Shown one piece after another: positions 25,174 through 32,000 of a DNA stretch of 32,000 nucleotides (positions within the stretch are counted from its first letter, which is position 1; the number at the start of each line of letters is the position of its first letter). A model generated the notes under the pieces. It was not told the DNA's origin. It searched no databases and was given only the letters and a program-made list of their open reading frames with translations. Position numbers and translations under genes: made by a program. The stretch is from positions 746,493-778,492 of the forward strand of contig CALSTM010000002.1 of the NCBI GenBank assembly GCA_943789275.1, read 5' to 3'. The stretch comes from Candidatus Poseidoniaceae archaeon (lineage in GTDB: Archaea > Thermoplasmatota > Poseidoniia > Poseidoniales > Poseidoniaceae).

Positions 25174-25467
25174 CTAATTTTGCTGAATTTTTGGCGCTTC
25201 GGTGCAACCTGATTCGCCGTAAACGCGCCGACCCGCAGTATGGTCTTGCCACCATACGAGGTATTCTGAGAGGTGGCGGGGGATAAAGAATCCAACTTTC
25301 CGTGGCGTTAATCCATGGTTTCGCATTGCGCGGTCGTGGCTTAGGTTAGCCACAATCGATTGAGCAGAACAACCGGGGTTTGCCCCAACGAAATTGAGAA
25401 TTTCTATCTTTAACCGTTCAAATCTTGCTTTCTTTTGAGAACCCTTGCCTTTTTTCTGGGGAGACAT
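25174..25467 (-). CDS. Small basic hypothetical protein, possible winged-helix DNA-binding protein
   Basis: MSPQKKGKGSQKKARFERLKIEILNFVGANPGCSAQSIVANLSHD...: a basic N-terminus followed by an HTH-like segment. The track start at 25524 is TTG; ATGs lie at 25506 and 25467. A TATA-like TTTGATAT (about 25492-25499) sits about 28 nt upstream of 25467. Confidence 0.5.
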   Translation of the reverse strand: MSPQKKGKGSQKKARFERLKIEILNFVGANPGCSAQSIVANLSHDRAMRNHGLTPRKVGFFIPRHLSEYLVWWQDHTAGRRVYGESGCTEAPKIQQN

Positions 25468-25527
25468 AAATCGAAAAACTCTGTTAACCCATATCAAAGA
25501 AACCATGGCAGTCCCATGGGGCAAAAA

Positions 25528-25881
25528 TCACTCAAATGAGACGTTTTGAGTGGTTTTCCAGTTGGCAGTGGCCAGTTTCTTTGCCTTACCGTCGGCAAGA
25601 ATGGGGTGGATGTCTTTCAATCGGCCATGCATGCCTTGCACATGGAATTTAACTCGAAGTTCTGCTGCTTGGTCTCGAACGACCGCTTCCATTTGAGCCT
25701 CATCAAGTTCAACAGATGCAAGCGAAGAACCGTCGGATTGGCTGCTGATGGTGAAGGTCGTTCCAGAAACGGAAAGGGAGGGGCGGAAATCCATGTCGTT
25801 TGGATGGTTCATCCAGACTGAAACATCGACTGAAAGGGAATCGCGAATATTTACTCGGCTAATTTCTACGGTATCGACCAT
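25528..25881 (-). CDS. Hypothetical protein
   Basis: About 117 aa from the first ATG (MVDTVEISRVNIRDSLSVDVSVW...). The composition is protein-like and it sits upstream of the small basic ORF on the same strand. No family recognised. Confidence 0.5.
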   Translation of the reverse strand: MVDTVEISRVNIRDSLSVDVSVWMNHPNDMDFRPSLSVSGTTFTISSQSDGSSLASVELDEAQMEAVVRDQAAELRVKFHVQGMHGRLKDIHPILADGKAKKLATANWKTTQNVSFE

Positions 25882-25939
25882 GGCAATCAACTCATCCGAA
25901 GTGCTCCCGCTTCTTACACCTTTTTATCGAGCAAAGTGG

Positions 25940-27124
25940 TTACTCATAAGCAATTTCAGTAAGTTTTGGAACAAGAACGGTGATGGTGACGGTGAGCGTC
26001 CAATCGTTCCCGGGGTCTGGGTCGGGGGCCCCCTCAAACAACGGGTCTGGATCTGCTTGTTGAGCGGTAACCGACCAAACCCATGTCCCCTGCCCTTTAC
26101 GTGTGCCCGAGGCCATCAGTAATTGTTCGAGAAGGAGTTCTGCTGAATCCGAATCATAGATTCCGTCTTCTCCTGAAGGGTTCATGTTGTTGGCGGACAA
26201 TGCAGCAGAAGAGGATTCGTTCGCAGTTAAATTTCCTCCATCGGTCTGAGCGTTCTTTTCGTAGTTATCGTTGACAATCAAAACGCTAAGGGTAAAGTTG
26301 TCTTGTGGAGCGAGGAGGTCTTGTTGGAGCTCAAGAAGGCCGTTGAAACTGATGACTCTTCCCTCGGCACCAGGAGTGATGTTGCCTTGCCACTCTTGGC
26401 CTTGGTCGAGGTATTCATCCCATGTGAACTCCACTTCTTTCGACTCCCAAGACACCTCGTACTTGCGAGACTTAATCTCGAGTGAAAATAATTCCTTGAC
26501 AAAGGCGTCAGCTGAATCTGTTACGGTTAGACTGCATTGAACAGTGCCCGAGCGGTTGGTAGGCAACAGTACAGTTTCTGTTGAAGCATCGATATCGTTT
26601 CGCATATCGCCATCACCATCGCTGTCTTCTGCCCAATTCAAATCCCAAGCATAGCGGAGAAGGTCGCCCTCGGGGTCCAAACTTCTGCTCGCATCAAGCA
26701 TGACTGAATCGCCGGAGCGAATGGATTCGGGATACGTAAGATTGAGAACCGGGGCCCCGTTGACATTGATGGTGGAAGTTGCTGAATCTTCACCCCCTTG
26801 GTTATTGACCACGGTCAATTTAACCGTGAAAATACCGAACGTTGAATACCGGTGTGAAGTAAAACCTGTTGCCGTCTCACTGGTCTGCCCGTCACCAAAA
26901 TCCCACAAAAATTCGGTGATGATGCCTTCAATGGGTTCTGACGACCGTGCATCGAAAGTGACCGTTTCGCCCTCCTGGATTTGAAGAGGGTATGCGGTGA
27001 GATTTGCACGGGGGTCGACGGTCGAGCTCAGCCCACCGGTGCAGCCAGCAACAAGACTGGAGCAGACAAGTAAAGCGACCATGGCGAGAGAACGGAGCAT
27101 ACGCCCGGAATTTCCTTGCCACAT
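25940..27124 (-). CDS. Secreted lipoprotein with two PKD domains and an unrecognised C-terminal domain
   Basis: 394 aa. The signal peptide has a lipobox (MLRSLAMVALLVCSSLVAGC). PKD 1 is VTFDARSSEPIEGIITEFLWDFGDGQT...HRYSTFGIFTVKLTVVNNQGG. PKD 2 is SVMLDASRSLDPEGDLLRYAWDLNW.... Confidence 0.8.
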   Translation of the reverse strand: MWQGNSGRMLRSLAMVALLVCSSLVAGCTGGLSSTVDPRANLTAYPLQIQEGETVTFDARSSEPIEGIITEFLWDFGDGQTSETATGFTSHRYSTFGIFTVKLTVVNNQGGEDSATSTINVNGAPVLNLTYPESIRSGDSVMLDASRSLDPEGDLLRYAWDLNWAEDSDGDGDMRNDIDASTETVLLPTNRSGTVQCSLTVTDSADAFVKELFSLEIKSRKYEVSWESKEVEFTWDEYLDQGQEWQGNITPGAEGRVISFNGLLELQQDLLAPQDNFTLSVLIVNDNYEKNAQTDGGNLTANESSSAALSANNMNPSGEDGIYDSDSAELLLEQLLMASGTRKGQGTWVWSVTAQQADPDPLFEGAPDPDPGNDWTLTVTITVLVPKLTEIAYE

Positions 27125-27207
27125 GGAAATTGCTGAAAACTCACCCTATCTAATTCTTGGGGCGATACTCTCGGCCCGATTCGGTTTCGTAAAGCGGGAG
27201 TTTGCGG

Positions 27208-27582
27208 TCAGAGTTCAACTTCTTCAGGTAAATCGCCAACAATCTGAACCGATTCCAGGTGGTCGCCCAATTCTTCTACAGATTCGTGCTCAATTATGTT
27301 CAACAAAGAGTGGTCAGATTCGGTTTCTTCTTCGGTAAACAAGTCTTCGAGTTCAACCTCTCCAACATCGTAATCTGGTGGTGAATCTGAAACTTGCTCA
27401 GGCTTAAGCTGCTGATTCTCACGTTCAAGTTCAGACATCGCTTCATCGATGACGGTTTGCTGACGGGCAGCGTGTTCTTTGGTCATCTGTTGCTCAAGGG
27501 GATCTCGGTATTCCGACGCCGTCGGCTCTGAATTTTCAGCCTTCACGCCAAAGGCTTGTTTGAAACGGTCGAGGAAACCCAC
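27208..27582 (-). CDS. Highly acidic hypothetical protein with an N-terminal amphipathic helix
   Basis: From GTG 27582: (M)GFLDRFKQAFGVK..., then a coiled-coil-like segment and the acidic tail ...DVGEVELEDLFTEEETESDH...DLPEEVEL. The track start at 27648 is TTG, only 25 nt from the divergent gene. There is no ATG in the first 50 or so codons. A TATA-like CCATATTTTG (27601-27610) is about 24 nt upstream of the GTG. Confidence 0.5.
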   Translation of the reverse strand: MGFLDRFKQAFGVKAENSEPTASEYRDPLEQQMTKEHAARQQTVIDEAMSELERENQQLKPEQVSDSPPDYDVGEVELEDLFTEEETESDHSLLNIIEHESVEELGDHLESVQIVGDLPEEVEL

Positions 27583-27673
27583 ACTCCCACGGTAGTGGAG
27601 ACAAAATATGGCCTTTACTGTTGCTTGAGAATACAGCGAGATGTTCAAGGGGGGTCAGCGTTGTTGATTCTTT

Positions 27674-28624
27674 ATGGCCCCGAATATCCTTGACGGTGAG
27701 CGCGTGCTCGCCTTTGATTTGGAGACAACGGGCATCTCAACATCTTCGGATAGAATCGTACAAATTGCCCTCATTGGTGCTGCACCAGACGGCGAACCTA
27801 TTCATTATGAGCGGATGATCAACCCTGGTAGACCAATCCCCTATGGAGCAAGCAACGTCCACGGCATCTACGACAGTGACGTGCGAGGAAAAGGAAGGTT
27901 CTCATCCATCGTTGAGGAAGTCGCTGAACTGATTGATGGTTCAGTCATCGTTGGGCATAATGTTCGTAAATTCGACCTTGAGATGCTTGAAGGTGAATTT
28001 CTACGGCTTGGGAAGCGTATGCCTCGTCCAAAAGCAGTCATGGACACCTATGAACTGGTTCGACGACTCAAACTTCCTCGGCCGCACAACCTTGGAGCGT
28101 TGTGCGCACGGCATGGTATTTCGTTAGAGAACGCCCACACGGCTGCTGCCGATGCTGCTGCATCACTGCTTCTGTTTTGGCGACTTTCGGTCGACCATGC
28201 GCCATCGTTTCGACATTCGCTCGAAGAACTCGAGCGTTGGGCTGTTCATGGAAGCATCTCGTCTGATGCAAGCCAATTGGGGCGGGGATTAGGGGATTTA
28301 GAACCGGTCGACCAGATTGGGAAAATACGCAAAGATGGAGAGCAAATGATTCTTGCATTCGGACGACACAGAGGCCGAGACATTGTAGAAGTCCAAGCTG
28401 AAGACCCGCGTTACATTCACTGGTTACTGTCCGCGAAAGGTATTGAGGACGATGATGCAAGAGAGCAGTCCGTGGATACCTGGATATTGGAGAGTGAGGA
28501 GGCGGATTTTTGTCTTATCCGAGGGTATCGTTGTATACATATGAAACTACGAGGGGGCCCTTGTATACGTCAACTTAGGATCTGTTTTTTTCATTACTCT
28601 TCTTCTGTAGAATTAACAATGTAG
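27674..28624 (+). CDS. DnaQ-like DEDDh 3'-5' exonuclease with an ExoX-like C-terminal domain
   Basis: Exo I is LAFDLETTG. Exo II is VGHNVRKFDLEML. Exo III is HTAAADAAA (H-x4-D). The C-terminal ILAFGRHRGRDIVEVQAEDPRYIHWLL matches the small domain (FGKhkG....dp.Y..Wl) found after many ExoX/DnaQ-like nucleases. The last 40 or so codons run into AT-rich sequence and look non-native. Confidence 0.8.
   Translation: MAPNILDGERVLAFDLETTGISTSSDRIVQIALIGAAPDGEPIHYERMINPGRPIPYGASNVHGIYDSDVRGKGRFSSIVEEVAELIDGSVIVGHNVRKFDLEMLEGEFLRLGKRMPRPKAVMDTYELVRRLKLPRPHNLGALCARHGISLENAHTAAADAAASLLLFWRLSVDHAPSFRHSLEELERWAVHGSISSDASQLGRGLGDLEPVDQIGKIRKDGEQMILAFGRHRGRDIVEVQAEDPRYIHWLLSAKGIEDDDAREQSVDTWILESEEADFCLIRGYRCIHMKLRGGPCIRQLRICFFHYSSSVELTM
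28520..28568. repeat. Two imperfect 19-nt direct repeats (CGAGGGTATCGTTGTATAC / CGAGGGGGCCCTTGTATAC), 30-nt period, at the left edge of the AT-rich island
   Basis: Read directly at 28520-28538 and 28550-28568, 15/19 identical. Each ends in the palindrome GTATAC. A T7 run follows at 28585-28591. Confidence 0.5.
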
Positions 28625-29037
28625 CGTGATAAATGTTCATCGAGGTCTATTAGAGTGATTTTGTTCATGTTTTGTAATTTGAAATAATGATGCCCTTTTC
28701 CATTACTAATTTTTGAATCAATGATAGGCAGGTCTGAGATGTCCAACTCAGAACGAATTAATGCTTCCGTGAGGCATCTTAAATCGAAAAATTTGGTTTG
28801 ATTGAATGCACCGAAATTCATCCCATGGGCATGTTCATTCAATGCTGCGACCAATACTACACGGTTCATTTCTGAATAAGCGGAAACTCGGCATTCAAAA
28901 TCTTCATCGCCAATATCTAGTTCGTGCATAAGAATTCTAAAACGCCCAAGTTGAAGATGTTTATGTGAAATGTAAGCAATAATCAGTTTGTTAGACAATC
29001 CACGTGGTTTTTCACTTAACCGATTGTAGACAAGCAA
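28594..29037 (-). CDS. Hypothetical protein (ORFan, AT-rich island)
   Basis: 147-aa ORF starting at TTG; the first ATG would give 111 aa (MHELDIGDEDFECRV...). No recognisable family. Coding status rests on ORF length within about 30% G+C DNA, where long ORFs are unlikely by chance. Confidence 0.5.
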   Translation of the reverse strand: MLVYNRLSEKPRGLSNKLIIAYISHKHLQLGRFRILMHELDIGDEDFECRVSAYSEMNRVVLVAALNEHAHGMNFGAFNQTKFFDLRCLTEALIRSELDISDLPIIDSKISNGKGHHYFKLQNMNKITLIDLDEHLSRYIVNSTEEE

Positions 29038-29107
29038 TATTGTTCACAAAGATTTGAGCATAGGCCTTTGAATGAATTTTAAATGATTAAATCGACTAAA
29101 GATTGAA

Positions 29108-29743
29108 TTAATCGAACATTTCATGTATTTCGTCAAGAGAATGTCCTTTAATTCTCATATCGAACGTGAATTTAGGTTGATGTAATCTTCTGGTATATCT
29201 TCCCTCTCTTGTCAATGCAAGTTCATGGTACCTATGGAACAGTTCTTTTTCAGTTTCGAGATTGCAGTATAGTGACGCATAATTAAGTGCTGCTAATATT
29301 ATATTATTATTGATGAAATTAGATAGACCATGATTCTGATTCATAATAAAAGAAGGCCAAGTTAATTCACCATTCAACACCGAATCAAGCCAAGTCCATG
29401 GATTCATCTTCAATTTGGGGTGCTTTTTATGTCTAGAAACGGCGACATTCATGGCTTGACTAATCATATGTTCACAGAGTTCTAATATGGGTTGTTCGTT
29501 ACTTCCAGCACTTTGAAGAATTTGATTTATTTTCTCTAAATCTAGTATTTCATTCAATAAAGGAATATATTTTGAAAATTCCTCGCCTTCAAACCTAATT
29601 ATTCTTTGTAGAACCACAAACCCCGGAGTTCTAGATTTCAGCGGTATTTTAACCATTTCGTTAAGATAGGATTCTACGTGATGTAATGAACCTGAAAATA
29701 GTTTAAGATAGAATTCAATGGGTTGTTCATTTCCATCCTCCAT
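29108..29743 (-). CDS. Hypothetical, probably all-alpha protein (ORFan, AT-rich island)
   Basis: 211 aa from the first ATG (MEDGNEQPIEFYLKLF...). The track start at 29758 is GTG. A TATA-like CTATAATTAAA (29768-29778) lies about 30 nt upstream of the ATG. No recognisable family. Confidence 0.55.
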   Translation of the reverse strand: MEDGNEQPIEFYLKLFSGSLHHVESYLNEMVKIPLKSRTPGFVVLQRIIRFEGEEFSKYIPLLNEILDLEKINQILQSAGSNEQPILELCEHMISQAMNVAVSRHKKHPKLKMNPWTWLDSVLNGELTWPSFIMNQNHGLSNFINNNIILAALNYASLYCNLETEKELFHRYHELALTREGRYTRRLHQPKFTFDMRIKGHSLDEIHEMFD

Positions 29744-30001
29744 GAAATAATTTAACACCCTCTCCGCTTTAATTATAGTGGTAAATTAGATTAATCGGAA
29801 TGCTTTAATCGAGTGTGTCATAATGGTTGTTTGTGGGAGAAATTTTAGATACTGAAATTCAAGAATGGACCGTTTCCCAATGTGATGTAGGCAAATCTAT
29901 GGGAACGGACGGAATTATATTCACAAAAGTGAGTCGAAACCCATGTCGTCTAGAAGAGAGGGGTATTGAATCTTTAATGCAAGCGCAGTCAAGCATTCCT
30001 A

Positions 30002-30532
30002 TCAGACTGAGCGGTTGGATGATTCTAGCGTTTCCTTCGCCAATGCCGCATCGCTGATTGCGACCTCCACAGGCTCACGCATGTACGGGAATTCTTCGTT
30101 GATGATGAGCCCTTGCTCAACACCATCAAGGTGTGAGGCCCATAGGGACTCATAGCAATGTCCATCTTTGTTGATGAACGGTGGCAATGGTTTTAATCCC
30201 CATTTATCATCTGTGGCGAAACTCGGTTGAGCCGTAAATCGCAGAGCAGCAATCCAACTCATGGGTACATTGTGCAACCTACCAAGATGTTCAAACGACA
30301 TTATCCAAAACAAAGCACCGAACGTTGAATTCAGGGATGTATCCTCATCAGCCTTATGCCATAGAGCGTGCTTAGTCGCATCTGCTCTGGCTTTGCTGGA
30401 AAGCAACACGGCTGCTTTTGCTTGGAATCGATAAGCTGTACTGAACTCTTTGGGCCATGCTTGCCATGTGTCATCTGCACTCATTCGGGCATGAAGTTCG
30501 GTCAGGCCGTCTACAACGGTATTATACTTCAT
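30002..30532 (-). CDS. Hypothetical protein
   Basis: 176 aa from ATG 30532 (MKYNTVVDGLTELHARMSADDTWQAWPKEF...). G+C is host-like and it has its own strong TATA box. No recognisable family. Confidence 0.6.
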   Translation of the reverse strand: MKYNTVVDGLTELHARMSADDTWQAWPKEFSTAYRFQAKAAVLLSSKARADATKHALWHKADEDTSLNSTFGALFWIMSFEHLGRLHNVPMSWIAALRFTAQPSFATDDKWGLKPLPPFINKDGHCYESLWASHLDGVEQGLIINEEFPYMREPVEVAISDAALAKETLESSNRSV

Positions 30533-30553
30533 CAATTTCTGTTTCTTTTAGTG

Positions 30554-30566
30554 TTTATATATAATT
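30554..30566 (-). promoter_or_regulatory. Strong TATA box (minus strand AATTATATATAAA) about 28 nt upstream of ATG 30532, implying a leaderless transcript
   Basis: tttatatataatt at 30554-30566, inside a 165-nt AT-rich intergenic gap. Confidence 0.5.
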
Positions 30567-30700
30567 GGAAATGAACTCAATCAGTTACTGTAAGTTTCAA
30601 TACAGACAAGACTGGAAAAAATCGTAATAGAATTAAAGTCATTCTGCGTTGAAAAAACATGGCTTTATTACTTGAGGAACTCTAGAATCTTGTAGTCTAT

Positions 30701-31441
30701 CTAGAGCGTATGTATTGCACAGAATATGGCATTGTGATCCGAGATATCATTGGTTAGGCAATCGATAACTCGGTACGAATTTTCAACAATTTGAACACCT
30801 GATTGTGGGCCAAAGAGAAAGTAATCAACACGAGAACAGTATGGTGTTGTCGCTTCGAAGGGTTGATCCGCTGAGGCGTCAATACACCCATATACATCAA
30901 TCAAACAATCCATCACATCCCATCTCGGAGGCCGCCTCCCTCCTTGATGGCGGACCTCAAGCAGTCGTTCAAGACCTGCTTGGTCGTAATCCCGACGATT
31001 TAGAGCGTTTAAATCACCGACGAGAAGGGATTCAGATAACCCTATCTTTTGGTCAAGGATTTCTATTTGTTCGAGCCGCGCACTTTCATCACTCACTTCC
31101 AAATGTGTGGCCACAACTTGCAAAGTGCCCCCGCTCTTCAATTCCAAAAGAGCCACAGCAGCAGAACGGTGTTCATTATCGATTGTAAGATCCACCACTC
31201 CACCACTCACCACAACATGATGAAGGGAAATGATGCCGTTGCCCCAATAATCGGCAGGAGCATAAACTGCATCTCTCGCGCCAAGTTCTCGGCTGATCTC
31301 ATCAAATGCTACAGGACCACATTCTGTAAGTACAATAACATCTGAATCGGCCTGAAACAGAACATCAACCACCTTGTCAAATCGTGGAGTTCCAGGCGCA
31401 GCGTTGTTGATGTTGAGGGCCAAGAAATTTATGGCGTTCAA
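30701..31441 (-). CDS. Endonuclease/exonuclease/phosphatase (EEP) family protein
   Basis: EEP catalytic blocks appear in order: FLALNINN (Asn), VIVLTECG (Glu), VVATHLE (His), LLVGDLNAL (Asp/Asn), ISDHNAIF (Asp-His). The track start, TTG 31525, overlaps the upstream gene by 80 nt. A TTG at 31441 ((M)NAINFLALNINN) lies 4 nt after that gene's TGA and gives a typical EEP N-terminus. The start is uncertain. Confidence 0.75.
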   Translation of the reverse strand: MNAINFLALNINNAAPGTPRFDKVVDVLFQADSDVIVLTECGPVAFDEISRELGARDAVYAPADYWGNGIISLHHVVVSGGVVDLTIDNEHRSAAVALLELKSGGTLQVVATHLEVSDESARLEQIEILDQKIGLSESLLVGDLNALNRRDYDQAGLERLLEVRHQGGRRPPRWDVMDCLIDVYGCIDASADQPFEATTPYCSRVDYFLFGPQSGVQIVENSYRVIDCLTNDISDHNAIFCAIHTL

Positions 31442-31445
31442 AGCA

Positions 31446-32000
31446 TCAATCTCCCATGAGGCGCCCGGCGTGATTTGTGACCCAAGATTCTTGTCTGATG
31501 TTTTCAATAGCACCTTTCCTAGCAAGACGTGTCCCTGCTATCGCACTCGGGGCCGAATGCTCAAAATGTGTAAGCAGCCAAGCCGTAACGCTTCCAGCGC
31601 GCCCAAGGCCACCTTTACAGTGAACGAATACAGATTTTCCTGATTTGACCTCGGCTAACACCTCGTTTAGCCCTGCATGATTGGTTTTTGTCGGAGTCTT
31701 TTGATCCACAATCGGAATCCAAATCCATTCCATACCTGCTTTTTGAACCGCTCCGCTATGGAATGCTTCCACCTTCAATTCAACAAATTCTTCAGACTCG
31801 ATTAGACTGACGACGACATCGTATCCATGCAATCTAATCCTCTCAAGATCAATTTCTAAATCTCGCTTCCAATTACCGCTCATGGCACCAGATTGCGTTT
31901 TACCAGGACACAAACTCAACCCGATTTTTTGCTGTTCATCGAGAATAATTTCTGCGATGTCAATAGGATGGGATTCAGAAGTTCTCCAATTCATGTTCAT
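31446..32000 (-). CDS. Cys-based protein-tyrosine/dual-specificity phosphatase (HCX5R), CDKN3/KAP-like
   Basis: 184 aa. The ATG lies exactly at the window edge (31998-32000), so a longer N-terminus cannot be excluded. The P-loop is VFVHCKGGLGRAGSV (H-C-x5-R), preceded by IPIVDQKTP (general-acid region). The N-terminal HPIDIAEI...GLSLCPGK is typical of bacterial CDKN3-like phosphatases. Confidence 0.8.
   Translation of the reverse strand: MNMNWRTSESHPIDIAEIILDEQQKIGLSLCPGKTQSGAMSGNWKRDLEIDLERIRLHGYDVVVSLIESEEFVELKVEAFHSGAVQKAGMEWIWIPIVDQKTPTKTNHAGLNEVLAEVKSGKSVFVHCKGGLGRAGSVTAWLLTHFEHSAPSAIAGTRLARKGAIENIRQESWVTNHAGRLMGD

Larger units (their letters stand above)
28590..29830. other. AT-rich island (compositional anomaly) carrying two ORFans
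   Basis: Hand counts of 60-nt lines give 19/60 G+C at 28621 and 14/60 at 29281. Flanking genes give 37/60 at 12001 and 33/60 at 30061. The boundaries are approximate. Confidence 0.7.

Noticed and set aside
29108-29743. HEPN-like RNase assignment for the 211-aa island ORF, based on an R-x5-H match (RYTRRLH) near the C-terminus
   Set aside because: A single short motif in a basic segment is expected by chance. Without a profile or structure match this is not supportable.
29827-30057. 76-aa plus-strand ORF (TTG start) in the gap between island ORF216 and ORF177
   Set aside because: It has a non-ATG start, overlaps the 3' end of the better-supported minus-strand ORF by 56 nt, and has no recognisable features. 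I leave the 243-nt region as unexplained non-coding sequence.
1-32000. CRISPR arrays, transposases, integrases, rRNA genes, prophage structural genes
   Set aside because: I scanned both the ORF translations and the sequence. The only regularly spaced repeats are the intragenic adhesin modules, and no DDE/tyrosine-recombinase/serine-recombinase motifs were recognised.

Overview
Gene-dense archaeal chromosomal segment, mostly minus-strand. G+C is roughly 50-60% in hand-counted housekeeping lines. Archaea-type informational and housekeeping genes are present: MCM helicase, GatE, two tandem Pth2 peptidyl-tRNA hydrolases, Trm1, a PAC2-type proteasome assembly chaperone, PurM and one tRNA-Arg(GCG). 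They are interleaved with very large exported or surface proteins that occupy about 40% of the window by my coordinates. These are a 561-aa PQQ-propeller/DUF4430 protein, a 988-aa CxC/aromatic-repeat adhesin, a roughly 900-aa two-pass membrane protein, a 1423-aa FG-GAP/FN3-like giant and a 394-aa PKD lipoprotein. This mix fits a planktonic marine euryarchaeote (Marine Group II/Poseidoniales-like), but that placement is inference only.

Most interesting observations:
1. The two-pass membrane protein (12751-15535) aligns by eye, block for block, with the CD36/LIMP-2/SR-B scavenger-receptor family. It is split by a +1 frame change.
2. A candidate corrinoid-capture module (593-2979) pairs a beta-propeller fused to a transcobalamin-like DUF4430 domain with an ECF-S-like membrane protein.
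3. A very AT-rich two-ORFan island (about 28590-29830) is wedged between a DEDDh exonuclease and an EEP nuclease/phosphatase plus HCX5R phosphatase pair.
4. A recent 2 x 381-bp tandem duplication lies inside the adhesin gene.
5. Two unrelated surface proteins share a cytoplasmic juxtamembrane motif.

I saw no CRISPR array, transposase, integrase or rRNA. All functional calls rest on motif recognition by eye; no searches were run.
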